A DNA stretch of 64,000 nt from Candidatus Daviesbacteria bacterium RIFCSPHIGHO2_12_FULL_37_16 (GTDB taxonomy: Bacteria; Patescibacteriota; Microgenomatia; Daviesbacterales; UBA10151): NCBI GenBank assembly GCA_001776785.1, contig MFDF01000008.1, forward strand, positions 103,097 through 167,096. Direction: 5' to 3'. Every line of letters starts with the position of its first letter. Within the stretch, counting starts at the first letter, position 1. Shown piece after piece: positions 44,991-55,946 of the stretch. A program made the translations under genes and the position numbers. The notes under the pieces are model-generated. The model did not search any database and was not told where the DNA came from. It saw only the letters and a program-made list of their open reading frames with translations.

Positions 44991-46025
44991 CTAACCTTTT
45001 GCAAATTCGTTAAGAGTTGCCCTACTTAAAAATGCAGGTAATAGATTATTATACTCAGATATTTTAGAAGATCCAAATATTGGAACATGCTGAAGCAATA
45101 ATCCGTTAAAAGGCAGCTTCATTTTTTGAGCAGCCTCTGCTGCAAAAGTTCTTCCCTGATATCTGGCAGCTTTCAAAACACCCTGGTTATGCCCGTTGCA
45201 TTCACCGTAAACTAGATCGACACCATCTTTTATAAATGGTACAGAGCCCTTTGCAAGTTCAACTAAACCTTTTGTAGCCACCGCTGAATATAAACCTTGG
45301 CCTTGATGTTCTGTAACAGTTGCTGCCTCTGTAAGTTCAATAATTTTTAAGGTTAAATCATCTTTTTCATCCCCAATAGTTATTTTATTAAACTCCCCTA
45401 AACCAGCTGAGACAACTCTTCCTTCAAAACTAGCATAAGTCAAAAAGTTATTTGGATTTGTCAGGATCTCCTCTACTTGCTCAAGAGTCCAGTCAAAACG
45501 AGAATATATTTCTGCGAGTTGGCTAACAAGTGAGGTATCACTAATCGGTGCAGAAATAGTATTTAGTTCGTAACCTGCCTCTATTACTCTTTCAATAATT
45601 TGTGATGCCGGTAAAGATTTTTTAATATGAGCAGCCTGATAATTTTCAATACAATCCTGAAGATCTTGTACATCGGACTGTCTAGAATCTGAATTATAAC
45701 CAAGATAAAGTATAGATGTGTCTTCAAAATGTGGTGATGAACCTTGAAGAGGAATAACTGCCTCTCCATATTTATGAAGCCTAGGATTTTCAGAAGTTAG
45801 AATATTATTTTGAGTAATAGCTCTGATACTTAATCGAGTTGCTGGAACTGTATCATTGCTCACACTTTGTGCGATATATTCAACTTCAGTGAGCAAATTG
45901 TTTAGTTTTGCCTCACTATCTATAATCGATAAATCATAAAAACCTTTTATTCTCTTAAAAGATGTTTCATCTGGTGGCCATTTTGGGCCTATTGAACTAG
46001 TTATGCTTGCAGTTTCCAGTGACAT
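44991..46025 (-). CDS. hypothetical protein (possible GNAT-like C-terminal half)
   Basis: 344 aa. EAATVTEHQGQGLYSAVATKGLVELAK faintly resembles GNAT motif A. Otherwise unrecognised. Confidence 0.35.
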   Translation of the reverse strand: MSLETASITSSIGPKWPPDETSFKRIKGFYDLSIIDSEAKLNNLLTEVEYIAQSVSNDTVPATRLSIRAITQNNILTSENPRLHKYGEAVIPLQGSSPHFEDTSILYLGYNSDSRQSDVQDLQDCIENYQAAHIKKSLPASQIIERVIEAGYELNTISAPISDTSLVSQLAEIYSRFDWTLEQVEEILTNPNNFLTYASFEGRVVSAGLGEFNKITIGDEKDDLTLKIIELTEAATVTEHQGQGLYSAVATKGLVELAKGSVPFIKDGVDLVYGECNGHNQGVLKAARYQGRTFAAEAAQKMKLPFNGLLLQHVPIFGSSKISEYNNLLPAFLSRATLNEFAKG

Positions 46026-47524
46026 TAACTTATTTGTTTTGGGCGGACAGGAGGAAAATATATCACATGTCTGATATGATTTGTATCAGTAAGTAACATT
46101 GTCCATCTATCTATTGAAATTCCAATCCCAGCCTGTTGTGGCATCCCATACTCCATTGCTAAGATAAAGTCTTCATCAAATGGCATAGCTTCTTTGTCTC
46201 CATGTTCTCTTTTTAGTTTTTCTGTTTCAAATCTGGTTCTTTGGTCTCTTGGATCATTTAGTTCTGAATATGAATTTCCAACTTCCATACCAGCCACAAA
46301 AATTTCAAATCTTTCAGTAAGATCAGGATTAGTCCTATGCCTCTTAGTTAATGCACTGGTATCAGCAGGATAATCCATAACAAAGGTTGGCTGGATTAAG
46401 TCTTTCTCCCAAACCTTTTCAAAAAGTTCTACCAGAACATCGCCTCTTGTATATGTGTCTATTTCATATTGGTGAGCAATTGTCCTAAGCCTTGAATCAG
46501 ATATATTAGATGGGTCTATCCCCAACATTTCTCTAATTCCTTCATAAATTGAAACTCTCCTCCATGGAGTTTTGTAATCAATCCCAACTTCTTTTTCTTT
46601 ACCATCACCCATGGGCATTCTGTAAGGGACTTCAGTTGTGCCATGAAGTTGTCTTGCAATTCCTGACATTAAATCCTCTGTCATATCCATCATGTTATTG
46701 TAATCCCAAAAAGGCATATATAGTTCCACCTGGGTAAACTCTGGATTGTGTGTTCTATCCATTCCCTCATTTCTGAAATCTCTGGAGAACTCAAATACAC
46801 CTTCAGAAAACCCTCCTACTGTCATTCTTTTTAAATATAGTTCATTGGAAATCCTTAAATACATTTCTGTATCCAAGGCATTATGATTTGTTATAAAAGG
46901 TTTTGCTAAAGCACCTCCATATGTAGTGTCCAGCACAGGAGTCTCAACCTCCAAGGCTCCCAAGCTGTCTATAAAGTAATCTCTCATGGACTGGACTATT
47001 TTTGACCTGATTCTAAACCTATCCCTGGCATCAGGATCAACTAGGGTATGCAAATATCTTTGTCTTTGCATTATTTCTGCATCAGCAATTTTCCTTGGAG
47101 CACCTCTCAAAGCTTTTGTTAGCATTGTCATCTCCTTTGCCCATATTGAGATTTCACCTCTGTTGGTAGCTTTTAATTCACCCTTTGCACCAACGAAATC
47201 ACCCGTATCATATAAATCTTTTATAATAGGAAATTGCCCATCTAAAATCCTCTGATTCATAACTATTTGAATTTGCCCAGCCCTATCTTCTACATGTCCA
47301 AAAATGATTTTGCCATGCTCTCTTTTGCTTTGTAGTCTACCTGCGATGCTCACCTGAGAACCCTCCAATAATGAATATTGAGAAATCAATTCCTGACTGG
47401 TATGAGTTGCCCTAAAAGGTTTTGCAGGAAAGGGATCAATGCCCAAAACCTCTAGTTTTCTTGCATGTTCAAGCCTTGATTCATAATCTCCCTGTATTGA
47501 TAATTCAGTATCTTTTATATTCAT
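46025..47524 (-). CDS. lysS: lysine--tRNA ligase, class II
   Basis: OB anticodon-binding N-domain. Class II motifs FRNEGMDRTHNPEFTQVELY and C-terminal motif 3. 499 aa. Confidence 0.85.
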   Translation of the reverse strand: MNIKDTELSIQGDYESRLEHARKLEVLGIDPFPAKPFRATHTSQELISQYSLLEGSQVSIAGRLQSKREHGKIIFGHVEDRAGQIQIVMNQRILDGQFPIIKDLYDTGDFVGAKGELKATNRGEISIWAKEMTMLTKALRGAPRKIADAEIMQRQRYLHTLVDPDARDRFRIRSKIVQSMRDYFIDSLGALEVETPVLDTTYGGALAKPFITNHNALDTEMYLRISNELYLKRMTVGGFSEGVFEFSRDFRNEGMDRTHNPEFTQVELYMPFWDYNNMMDMTEDLMSGIARQLHGTTEVPYRMPMGDGKEKEVGIDYKTPWRRVSIYEGIREMLGIDPSNISDSRLRTIAHQYEIDTYTRGDVLVELFEKVWEKDLIQPTFVMDYPADTSALTKRHRTNPDLTERFEIFVAGMEVGNSYSELNDPRDQRTRFETEKLKREHGDKEAMPFDEDFILAMEYGMPQQAGIGISIDRWTMLLTDTNHIRHVIYFPPVRPKQIS

Positions 47525-47539
47525 GTTATAGGTTATTTC

Positions 47540-49003
47540 TTAACATAAAATTCTCTGTTTTACAACTAATATTTTATTCAAGGTTAAATCAGTTGCATTT
47601 ACTTTGAATTCAGAAATATTTCTAAAATTTAAATAATACTCAATTATCCGTGGAGAAATTATTTCTCCTTTAATAGTAACAGGAATCCCTGGCGGATAAG
47701 GTACAATCGATTCTGCAGAAATTCTATTTTTAGCATCTTGCATATCAATCAATTCGAAAGAATTTTGATCTAAACTTTGCAATGAATAAATTTGGCTATT
47801 GGAATTAATTTCAGGGTATGGAACCTGTATTCTCCTAACCATTTTAGCATTAGATATAATCTCCTTTAACGCATCTAAAGTTATTTGCGCATCAATAAGA
47901 TTAGACTGGAATGGAACTAAAAATAAAATCATATTGAAGTTTCTGGATTCCACAATGATTCCATATTTTTCTTCAAGCTCTTTGGCAACTCTATATCCAG
48001 ATAATCCAGTTTGGCTAACATCCACAATTATTTTTGTCTGATCTTTGTCAAATACTCCAGAATCTCTGGTTTTCAAATCAGTTAATTCAACCACTCTCAC
48101 GTCTTGAATTTTCTTTATCTTTTCCTTCATAAAATTTGATAAATCTAAAACATTGCCTATTAATATTTTCCCTCTTTTTTGCAGTTCTAGTCTTGCAGAA
48201 TCCATTGAGGCTAAAAGAATAAAGGATGGACTAGTTGTATATAGATGTCTGTAACTGTTAAGTAAAATTTGTTTGTTAATTCGGTGTCCTTTAACATGAA
48301 TCATTGATGTCTGTTGCAGTGCGCCACCTTGCTTATGGGTACTTTGGGTGCAAATATCAACTCCAGCTTCCATAGCTGAAGTTGGTAAACCGTCCGAAAA
48401 ATTCAGATGCGCCCCCCATGCTTCATCGACAAAGATAATAATATTTGGCTTTACCTCCCTTACTTTTTGGACTAAAGTTCTTAAATCCAAACATAGCCCT
48501 TCGTAAGTAGGATTAGTTAAAAATAAAACATCAGGATTATATTTCTCCAAGAACTTTAAATATTCATTAATACTATTTGGTTTAAAGATCAGAAGATTTT
48601 TATCTATATGTGCAGGTAAAAACTTTAGCTCAAGGTTATAGTCTTCGCAGGCCGCAAGAAAAGATTGATGAATATTTCTTTGTGCTAGAATTCTAGCATT
48701 AGGAATCTGCTTGCTCAAAGCTCTTAAAACAATAAAATTACTTCCTGAAGTACCATTGACAGAAAAAAGTGTAAAGTCAGAAGAGTAAGCTTTAGCTGCT
48801 TCTTCGTAAACTCTTAAGAAAATACCAGATGGGTCAGATGGGTATCCCAAAGCGTGGTATGAAATGGAGATATCACTACTATAAGGGTCAATTATCTTAG
48901 AAGCAGAAGGTATTAATGAGGGTGTGCACCAGCGTATCGTTTTTCTGGTTACTTGATTTAGAATATCAGTTAAACTAAGTTCTTTTATATTTTTGCTTAG
49001 CAT
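47540..49003 (-). CDS. Orn/Lys/Arg decarboxylase-family PLP-dependent decarboxylase
   Basis: STHKQGGALQQTSMIHVKG, the PLP-lysine region of the OKR_DC_1 major domain. Confidence 0.7.
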   Translation of the reverse strand: MLSKNIKELSLTDILNQVTRKTIRWCTPSLIPSASKIIDPYSSDISISYHALGYPSDPSGIFLRVYEEAAKAYSSDFTLFSVNGTSGSNFIVLRALSKQIPNARILAQRNIHQSFLAACEDYNLELKFLPAHIDKNLLIFKPNSINEYLKFLEKYNPDVLFLTNPTYEGLCLDLRTLVQKVREVKPNIIIFVDEAWGAHLNFSDGLPTSAMEAGVDICTQSTHKQGGALQQTSMIHVKGHRINKQILLNSYRHLYTTSPSFILLASMDSARLELQKRGKILIGNVLDLSNFMKEKIKKIQDVRVVELTDLKTRDSGVFDKDQTKIIVDVSQTGLSGYRVAKELEEKYGIIVESRNFNMILFLVPFQSNLIDAQITLDALKEIISNAKMVRRIQVPYPEINSNSQIYSLQSLDQNSFELIDMQDAKNRISAESIVPYPPGIPVTIKGEIISPRIIEYYLNFRNISEFKVNATDLTLNKILVVKQRILC

Positions 49004-49009
49004 CTTTTT

Positions 49010-49624
49010 TTAAGCTGAGTCTTTTTTAGTTGCTAGTAATCCCAAGAATGTATCAGAGCATTCAGGAAAATCATATGATATTCTAGGCTTTCCAAAGAAG
49101 TTTTCTAATACCATAAATCTTGAAGGTCTACTAATACCAGTTTGGATTCCAAAGCTTCCTGTAAAATCTCCCCCATATAAAGCCACATTACTTATTTTTA
49201 AAATTTCCCCACAAGCAGCTAGACCTTCAAATGGGGTAGCCAATCTTAAAGTTAGTTTGAGCGAATCTGCAATTTCTGGTATAGATTTTCTACCCTCGGG
49301 CCCATTGAGTCTGCTTATTACTTCTAAATGCGAGACTGAAAGGTTTGATCCAGGAGCACCTTTTGGCTGGCAAATTGGGAATTTAAAAACTGCTGGGTCC
49401 AAATCTATCTCCAGCATTGCAAGCTGTCTTATAAAATCAATCCTTTTTTCTGTAAGAGTTGGAATGCTTCCTGAAAATGTTGCTAAGGCAGTAGCTTTAA
49501 TTGCTTCGTCTTCGTATTCAGAGTTACTCATCCGTAAAGCTTTAGGGAAGCCAGCATCGATTAACTTATTAGCTTGCGCTTCAAGGATCTTAATTTCATT
49601 TCTGTCAGCTGATTCGAATAACAT
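49010..49624 (-). CDS. hypothetical protein
   Basis: 204-aa ORF, no motif recognised. Confidence 0.35.
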   Translation of the reverse strand: MLFESADRNEIKILEAQANKLIDAGFPKALRMSNSEYEDEAIKATALATFSGSIPTLTEKRIDFIRQLAMLEIDLDPAVFKFPICQPKGAPGSNLSVSHLEVISRLNGPEGRKSIPEIADSLKLTLRLATPFEGLAACGEILKISNVALYGGDFTGSFGIQTGISRPSRFMVLENFFGKPRISYDFPECSDTFLGLLATKKDSA

Positions 49625-49664
49625 ATATCTTGATTAACTGAACTTTAGATCAAATTTTGAAAAG

Positions 49665-49710
49665 TGTCAAATTTTTGACAAATATATCAAAAAATGTATA
49701 AAATTATACA
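49665..49710. promoter_or_regulatory. two perfect palindromes in the divergent promoter: TGTCAAATTTTTGACA (49665-49680) and TGTATAAAATTATACA (49695-49710)
   Basis: GTCAAA/TTTGAC and TGTATAA/TTATACA half-sites read directly. They lie between divergent genes 49010..49624 (-) and 49727..50380 (+). Confidence 0.45.
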
Positions 49711-49726
49711 AATTGTATTAAATTAG

Positions 49727-50380
49727 ATGGTCACCATCTCTGAAGTTGTTCGGGATATAGCTTCCAACTCACCCTTTCTTGAAGAGGGTTTAGCTTACGG
49801 GGTTATAAATCTTTCAGAGTTTGCCAGAAGTATCAGGTCAGAAATTGAATTAAGACTTGGCAAAGAAGTCCAAATAGGTACTATTACAACTGCCTTAAAC
49901 AGATTTTCTAAATCAGTTAATAAAAACTACCAAATTAAAAAGCTAAATCAAATCCTAAGCCATCTCTCTGATATCACCATTAGATCCAACTTAATGTCAC
50001 TTACCTTTGCCAATTCAACTACTATTAATAACAAACAATTAGTTCTCCTAAATACAATCCAAAATAAAGAAAACGTCTTTTTGACAACTTCTATTGGGAT
50101 CTATGAAACTACACTTTTTGCAGCAGATAGTCTGGATGTATTAATAGCTGAAATTTTTGCTGAAGAAATTTTAAAAATTAAAAGAACTAATCTATCTTCT
50201 CTTACAATAATGCTTCCAAAACATGCAATTAATGTACCTGGTGTTTATTATTCAATCTTGAAAAAATTAGCATGGGAAGGTATAAATTTTATAGAAATTA
50301 TCTCAAGCTATACAGAATTAACTATCTTTTTAGAAACTAAAGATATCAACAGAGCTTTCGTAGCTATAAGGAAATTCTAA
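49727..50380 (+). CDS. hypothetical protein with possible tandem ACT-like folds
   Basis: GVYYSILKKLAWEGINFIEIISSYTELTIFLETKDINRAF has an ACT-like beta-alpha-beta-beta pattern. Weak. Confidence 0.35.
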   Translation: MVTISEVVRDIASNSPFLEEGLAYGVINLSEFARSIRSEIELRLGKEVQIGTITTALNRFSKSVNKNYQIKKLNQILSHLSDITIRSNLMSLTFANSTTINNKQLVLLNTIQNKENVFLTTSIGIYETTLFAADSLDVLIAEIFAEEILKIKRTNLSSLTIMLPKHAINVPGVYYSILKKLAWEGINFIEIISSYTELTIFLETKDINRAFVAIRKF

Positions 50381-50569
50381 GCCTTCTTTTCTTACAATAG
50401 TAAAACAATTTGAAGTAACTGACCGGGTGATCTGGTTGAAAACAACTAAATTGGTTAGATTTTTTGGAAGTTTATTTAGAAGAGATAATACTTCGACAAT
50501 AAAATTAAAAATTCTTTCATGTATGTCATAATTCTTCATTTGAAATTTGACATTAGAAATTAGAAATTT

Positions 50570-50773
50570 TTATACAGGCTTACCTGCAAGGCCATAATAG
50601 AGGAGATCTTTGGTAAATCCTATTGCCTGGTAAGGCCATGTTAAAACAACAGAAAAAAATCCTGGGCTAAAATAAGAAAAAGCTGACCACCTGTAATAAA
50701 GTGCAAAAATAAATGCAAAAATAAGCCCAATTACAAAATATAAAACAGCAATAGTTGAGAGTTTCTTCTCCAT
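50570..50773 (-). CDS. small membrane protein
   Basis: 67 aa, two hydrophobic segments. Confidence 0.3.
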   Translation of the reverse strand: MEKKLSTIAVLYFVIGLIFAFIFALYYRWSAFSYFSPGFFSVVLTWPYQAIGFTKDLLYYGLAGKPV

Positions 50774-50785
50774 GAACTAATTATA

Positions 50786-53380
50786 CTACTCTTGTGTAGA
50801 AGATGAGGCATCAGATGTTTTATCTTTAGAAGAAACTACAGTTGCTGCAGCCACCTTCTCCCCTGCCCTAACCCTCATTAAAATAACCCCCTGGGTTTGT
50901 CTTTGCAGGGTTGGTACATCTTTCAGATTAAGTTTTATAAGCTGGCCCTTATTAGATGTCATAACCAAAGTATCCACATCTTTATCTATAATTTCTGCTG
51001 TAACAATCTCTCCTGTTTTATCTGTCACCTGGGCTGCTTTAATCCCAGACCCTCCCCTCCCCTGTCTTTTCCAGGCATTTATCTTAGTCTTTTTACCCAA
51101 TCCATTCTCCATAACCACTAAAAGATCTGAATTTGGATCCTCAACCTTGTTCATAGAAACTACCTCATCAGTCTTAGAGAGTGAAATTCCCCTAACCCCT
51201 GAAGTATCCCTGTGGGTTGGCCTGACTAAATGCTCTCCAAACCTAATGGATTGTCCTTTTCTTGAAACAATTATCATGTCATCTTTACCAGTTGTTGGTA
51301 CAACCCAGGATAATGTATCTCCGCTGTCAAGCTTAATAGAAATAAGTCCATTTTTTCTGATATTTGCATATTCTTCAACAGGAGTCTTTTTAACATTTCC
51401 CATCTTTGTTCCCATAAATAAAAATTTAACAGTATCCTTAGACCTTAATGTTAAAATTGCAGTAACTTTTTCTCCCTGTTCTACATTAATTAAATTAACA
51501 ATGGCCTGCCCCTTAGCTATCCTGGAAACCTCAGGGATTTCCCAGACTTTTATCTGAAATGCCCTACCCCTGTCAGTAAAAAATAATAGGTTATCTAAAG
51601 TCTTAGTATAGAAAATATGTGAAACTGCATCCTCCTCTTTTGTGGTGATGCCTGAAACTCCTTTGCCTCCCCTATTTTGGGTCCTGAAACTCATAGGAGA
51701 CTGCCTTTTTACATACCCACCCTCTGTTACTGTAACTATAGTTACTTCATCAGCAACTAAATCCTCTTCAGAAAATTCTCCAACCTTTTGTTTGTATACC
51801 CTGGTTCTCCTGTCATCAGCATATTTGTCCTTAACTTTTAAAATCTCCTCTTTTATTACTTTTAAAATTTTCTCAGGATGTGCCAGTAAATCCTCTAAGT
51901 AGGCAATCATCTGTCTTACCAGTTTTAACTCATCTTCAATCTTTTGTCTCTCCAGTGCAGCCAGTCTCCTCAGCTGCATGTCCAAAATTGCAACAGCCTG
52001 GATCTCTGAAAGCTTAAACTTCTTCATCAAATTTTCCCTGGCTGCATCAGAGTCTTTGGATTTTCTGATCGTGTCTATAACCTCATCAATATTATCAACA
52101 GCTATCTTTAATCCCTCTAAAATATGCTCTCTGGCTTTATATTGCGCCAGTTCAAACTCAGATCTTCTTCTCACAACCACCTGTCTGTGATGAATAAACT
52201 CTTCTAAAATCCTTTTAAGAGTCATTAAGCCAGGCGCCCCATCTGAGAGTGCCACCATATTTACATTAAATACAGACTGCATTGCAGTGTGTTTATAGAG
52301 ATTGTTTAAAATAGATTGTGGTTTGCCATCCCTTTTTAATTCAACCACAATCCTCATACCTCTTCTGTCTGATTCATCCCTTAAATCTGAAATTCCTTCA
52401 ATCTTTTTCTCCTTCACTAAATCAGCAATCTTAGCAATTAAAACAGCTTTGTTAACCTGATAAGGCAGTTCTGTAACAATAATGTCAAACCTTCCGCCCT
52501 TTGTTTCTTCAATCTCAGCCTTTGCTCTCATCACAATCCTGCCTTTACCTGTAGCATAAGCAGCCTGTATCTCAGTTGCATCATAAATAGATGCCCCTGT
52601 TGGGAAATCAGGTCCTTTAATAAACTTCATCAACTCCTCCACAGAAGCTTCTGAATAAAATAAATTTGGATCCCTGAAAGTCTCAGTTGTTTGTCCTAAC
52701 TTTGCCTCAATCTCACCTTCTCCATCTGATACCTTTGATACTTTTCCTTCCTTTACAACCTTTTCTTTAAATGGATGTTCAATCATATAAATTAAAGCAT
52801 CAGAAATTTCTCCTAAATTATGGGGAGGGATTTGGGTTGCCATACCAACAGCAATACCCGCTGCGCCATTTAGTAAAAGATTTGGGATAAGAGAAGGAAG
52901 CCAAATAGGTTCCTGAGCAGTACCTGAATAGTTATCAATAAAATCAACAGTTTCTTTATTAATATCCCGCAAAAGTTCATCAGATACAGCAGATAATCTG
53001 GCTTCTGTGTACCTCATGGCTGCAGGTGAATCTCCATCTACAGACCCAAAGTTGCCCTGACCATCAACCAGCGGATATCTCATTGAAAAATCCTGAGCCA
53101 TTCTAACCATAGCGTCATAAATAGAAGAGTCTCCATGAGGATGGAAATTTTTCATAACTTCACCCACAACAGCAGCAGATTTTTGATATCTGGCAGCGTG
53201 GTGAAGGCCTTGCTGGTGCATGGCATAAACTATTCTTCGCTGTACAGGTTTTAATCCATCCCTAACATCTGGCAGTGCGCGCGAAACAATAACGCTCATC
53301 GCATAATCTAAATATGAGCGCTGCATCTCCTCAATGATAGGTGCTGGTTGTATTCTGCCTATGCCTGTATCTTCTGCCAT
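50786..53380 (-). CDS. gyrA: DNA gyrase subunit A
   Basis: [22 protein letters not shown] (active-site Tyr region) and the GyrA-box [10 protein letters not shown] in the C-terminal beta-pinwheel. Confidence 0.9.
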   Translation of the reverse strand: MAEDTGIGRIQPAPIIEEMQRSYLDYAMSVIVSRALPDVRDGLKPVQRRIVYAMHQQGLHHAARYQKSAAVVGEVMKNFHPHGDSSIYDAMVRMAQDFSMRYPLVDGQGNFGSVDGDSPAAMRYTEARLSAVSDELLRDINKETVDFIDNYSGTAQEPIWLPSLIPNLLLNGAAGIAVGMATQIPPHNLGEISDALIYMIEHPFKEKVVKEGKVSKVSDGEGEIEAKLGQTTETFRDPNLFYSEASVEELMKFIKGPDFPTGASIYDATEIQAAYATGKGRIVMRAKAEIEETKGGRFDIIVTELPYQVNKAVLIAKIADLVKEKKIEGISDLRDESDRRGMRIVVELKRDGKPQSILNNLYKHTAMQSVFNVNMVALSDGAPGLMTLKRILEEFIHHRQVVVRRRSEFELAQYKAREHILEGLKIAVDNIDEVIDTIRKSKDSDAARENLMKKFKLSEIQAVAILDMQLRRLAALERQKIEDELKLVRQMIAYLEDLLAHPEKILKVIKEEILKVKDKYADDRRTRVYKQKVGEFSEEDLVADEVTIVTVTEGGYVKRQSPMSFRTQNRGGKGVSGITTKEEDAVSHIFYTKTLDNLLFFTDRGRAFQIKVWEIPEVSRIAKGQAIVNLINVEQGEKVTAILTLRSKDTVKFLFMGTKMGNVKKTPVEEYANIRKNGLISIKLDSGDTLSWVVPTTGKDDMIIVSRKGQSIRFGEHLVRPTHRDTSGVRGISLSKTDEVVSMNKVEDPNSDLLVVMENGLGKKTKINAWKRQGRGGSGIKAAQVTDKTGEIVTAEIIDKDVDTLVMTSNKGQLIKLNLKDVPTLQRQTQGVILMRVRAGEKVAAATVVSSKDKTSDASSSTQE

Positions 53381-53383
53381 TTA

Positions 53384-53402
53384 AAAAAGCCCTTTCGGGC
53401 TA
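53384..53402 (-). terminator. terminator-like hairpin after gpmA, abutting the gyrA start
   Basis: Minus strand AGCCCGAAAGGGCT followed by TTTTTT. Confidence 0.4.
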
Positions 53403-53450
53403 CTTAATTATACAGTTTTTAGAGCTCTGAAACAAGGCTTTTTGAATAAG

Positions 53451-54083
53451 TTACTGCTTTCCCGCTAAAGGGTTTTTGTTTCTTATTTCCTTATTTAAAA
53501 TGGCCCCGTTCTCATCCATCTGGTAAACATAAACCTCCCCAATCCCAAACTCTAACTTTGCAATATCCTCTTCAGGTAAATCCTCAATGTATTTAATTAA
53601 AGCCCTTAAACTATTCCCTGAAGATACTAAAATTACATCCCTGTCATCCATTAAATCCTTTAAAATACGCTCCTTGTAAAAAGGGATAATCCTTTCATAA
53701 ACCTGTTTTAAAGACTCACCATGTGGGGTTGGATAATCCCAGCTTCTTCTAAGTTTTTGAAACTCTATATCTCCAATCTCTTTTTGGACTTCCCACTTAT
53801 TTTTGCCTGTATAATCACCATAATCCCGCTCATTCACTGCAGCATCTTCTATTACTTGTATATTTTCCTGATTTAAGACTTTTAGAATTACATCCAAAGT
53901 TTTTGTAGACCTTTTTAGTGTTGCAACATAAGCTTTATCAAAATTAATATCCCCTAAAGCTTCACCAGCCCTTTTTGCATCTTCAATCCCCTTTTGGGTT
54001 AAATCCACATCAGTCCAGCCCGTCCATTTACCTAATTTATTCCACTCAGATTCGCCATGTCTTACTAAAACCAGTCTGGACAT
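53451..54083 (-). CDS. gpmA: 2,3-bisphosphoglycerate-dependent phosphoglycerate mutase (short form)
   Basis: LVLVRHGESEWNKLGKWTGWTDVDLT and the catalytic His. 210 aa. Confidence 0.8.
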   Translation of the reverse strand: MSRLVLVRHGESEWNKLGKWTGWTDVDLTQKGIEDAKRAGEALGDINFDKAYVATLKRSTKTLDVILKVLNQENIQVIEDAAVNERDYGDYTGKNKWEVQKEIGDIEFQKLRRSWDYPTPHGESLKQVYERIIPFYKERILKDLMDDRDVILVSSGNSLRALIKYIEDLPEEDIAKLEFGIGEVYVYQMDENGAILNKEIRNKNPLAGKQ

Positions 54084-55357
54084 TAACTCTTCAAACCTTT
54101 CTTAGTGTAATTACTGTTTAATTCCTCAATCCTTAGTAGTTCATTGTACTTAGCTATTCTGTCAGTCCTGGAAAGTGATCCAGTTTTTATTTGTCCGGTT
54201 CCTAGTCCAACAGACAGGTGAGCAATAGTTGTATCCTCTGTTTCACCTGACCTATGGGAAATTATTGCTTTCCATCCTGCGTTATGTGCCATCTCAACAG
54301 CCTTGATAGTTTCAGTTAAAGTCCCAATCTGGTTTAATTTAATTAATATTGCATTTGCAGTTTTTAACTTAATTCCCTTTTCTAAAAATTTGATATTTGT
54401 CACAAATAAGTCATCCCCAATAATCTGTATATTTTCTCCAAGTTCACTGGTTAATTTTACCCAGCCATCCCAATCCTCCTGGTTTAAGCCATCTTCAACA
54501 GAAACTATTGGGTATTTCTGGGAAAGCCCCTTAAGCCACTCAATCATTTGTTCTGTATCAAGCTCTTTGCCCTCTGCCTTTAAGATATATTTCCCATCCT
54601 TAAAAAACTCAGATGCAGCCACATCCAGTGCAAATACAATATCCTCACCCAATTTAAACCCTGCTTTCTTAACTGCCTCTGAAATAAACTCTAAAGGTTC
54701 TTCATTTCCGGAAACTTTTGGGGCATAGCCCCCCTCATCCCCAACATTTATTGAAAAACCCTTTTCATCTAATAATTCTCCCAGGCTATGAAATACCTCT
54801 GACCCCATCTGTATAGCTTCTGAAATGCTTTGTGCGCCAATAGGTAAGATCATATATTCCTGGATATCTGTAGCCCAATTTGCATGTCTTCCTCCGTTCA
54901 TAACATTCATCATTGGCAAAGGTAAAACTGGCTCAACTTTTTTTTGTGCCAGTGAATTTATATACATAAACAATGGGAGCTTTTGGAAGTTTGCTGCGGC
55001 ATATGCAACTGCTAAAGAAACAGAAAGTATTGCATTTGCCCCAAGATTAGATTTATTTTCTGTTCCATCAAGATCAATCAATGCCTGGTCAATCTGCTGC
55101 TGATTAGTCACCTCAAAACCATTTAACAATTTATCAATTTGACCATTTACATTTTCTACAGCCTTTAAAACTGACTTGCCGCCAAACTTTTTTGGATCCT
55201 GATCCCTAAGCTCTAAAGCTTCAAATTTGCCTGTGGATGCACCTGATGGCACAGCAGCCCTTCCTATTGTCCCATCTTCTAAAATCACATCTGACTCAAT
55301 TGTAGGATTACCTCTTGAGTCTAAAATCTGCCTTGCATGGATCCTTTTTATCTTCAC
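54083..55357 (-). CDS. eno: enolase
   Basis: [21 protein letters not shown]..., 424 aa. Confidence 0.9.
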   Translation of the reverse strand: MKIKRIHARQILDSRGNPTIESDVILEDGTIGRAAVPSGASTGKFEALELRDQDPKKFGGKSVLKAVENVNGQIDKLLNGFEVTNQQQIDQALIDLDGTENKSNLGANAILSVSLAVAYAAANFQKLPLFMYINSLAQKKVEPVLPLPMMNVMNGGRHANWATDIQEYMILPIGAQSISEAIQMGSEVFHSLGELLDEKGFSINVGDEGGYAPKVSGNEEPLEFISEAVKKAGFKLGEDIVFALDVAASEFFKDGKYILKAEGKELDTEQMIEWLKGLSQKYPIVSVEDGLNQEDWDGWVKLTSELGENIQIIGDDLFVTNIKFLEKGIKLKTANAILIKLNQIGTLTETIKAVEMAHNAGWKAIISHRSGETEDTTIAHLSVGLGTGQIKTGSLSRTDRIAKYNELLRIEELNSNYTKKGLKS

Positions 55358-55366
55358 AAAGTAATC

Positions 55367-55908
55367 TTACTTGGAATTTTTTGCATCATCAAGTGCCATC
55401 TCTACTAACTTTTTTGTTAAATCTGGAAATGAAATCCCTGCAGTAATTTCAACTCCTGGTAAAAATCTTTCAATAAAAAGTTTAGTATCAGCTTTTAATA
55501 CTGATGGAAAACCGAATTCTATAATTTCTCGTATTAGCTTGACACCATTAAGGTGGGAAGCTAAAATCTTCCACTTTGATGTAGGTATATTATTTGACTC
55601 ACAAAACTTCTTAAAAGAAATCTTATACCAGCCTTTTTTGAACGATCTCCAACCCCCTCCTATATATGGTTTGTTTAAAGTTTTTAAAAATTTATGAAGT
55701 TTTCCTCCCTCGCCCTCTTCACCATGAATTACAGGAAATATAACGTCAAAATTTGCAGATACATTTTTTAATTCCTGATATCCTTTCCTTAAATCAAATA
55801 TTTTTACTTTAAAATTATTTTCCTCTAAAGCTTTTTGACTTCCTTTGCAGAAATTAAGGATATTTTTCTCTCAGAAGAATCCCCTCCGCTGATTATTAAA
55901 ACCCTCAT
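55367..55908 (-). pseudogene. ddl: D-alanine--D-alanine ligase, frameshifted and C-terminally truncated
   Basis: Minus strand ATG at 55908 gives MRVLIISGGDSSERKISLISAKEVKKL then a stop. The +2 frame continues ENNFKVKIFDL...FDVIFPVIHGEEGEGGKLHKFLKTLNKPYIGGG...FGFPSVLKADTKLFIERFLPGVEITAGI and stops at 55367. That is roughly half of Ddl, missing the central ATP-grasp segment and the C-terminal catalytic region. Confidence 0.55.
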
Positions 55909-55946
55909 GAGCTTTTAATTATTAAAAACTTTGGTAAGATAGTCAA

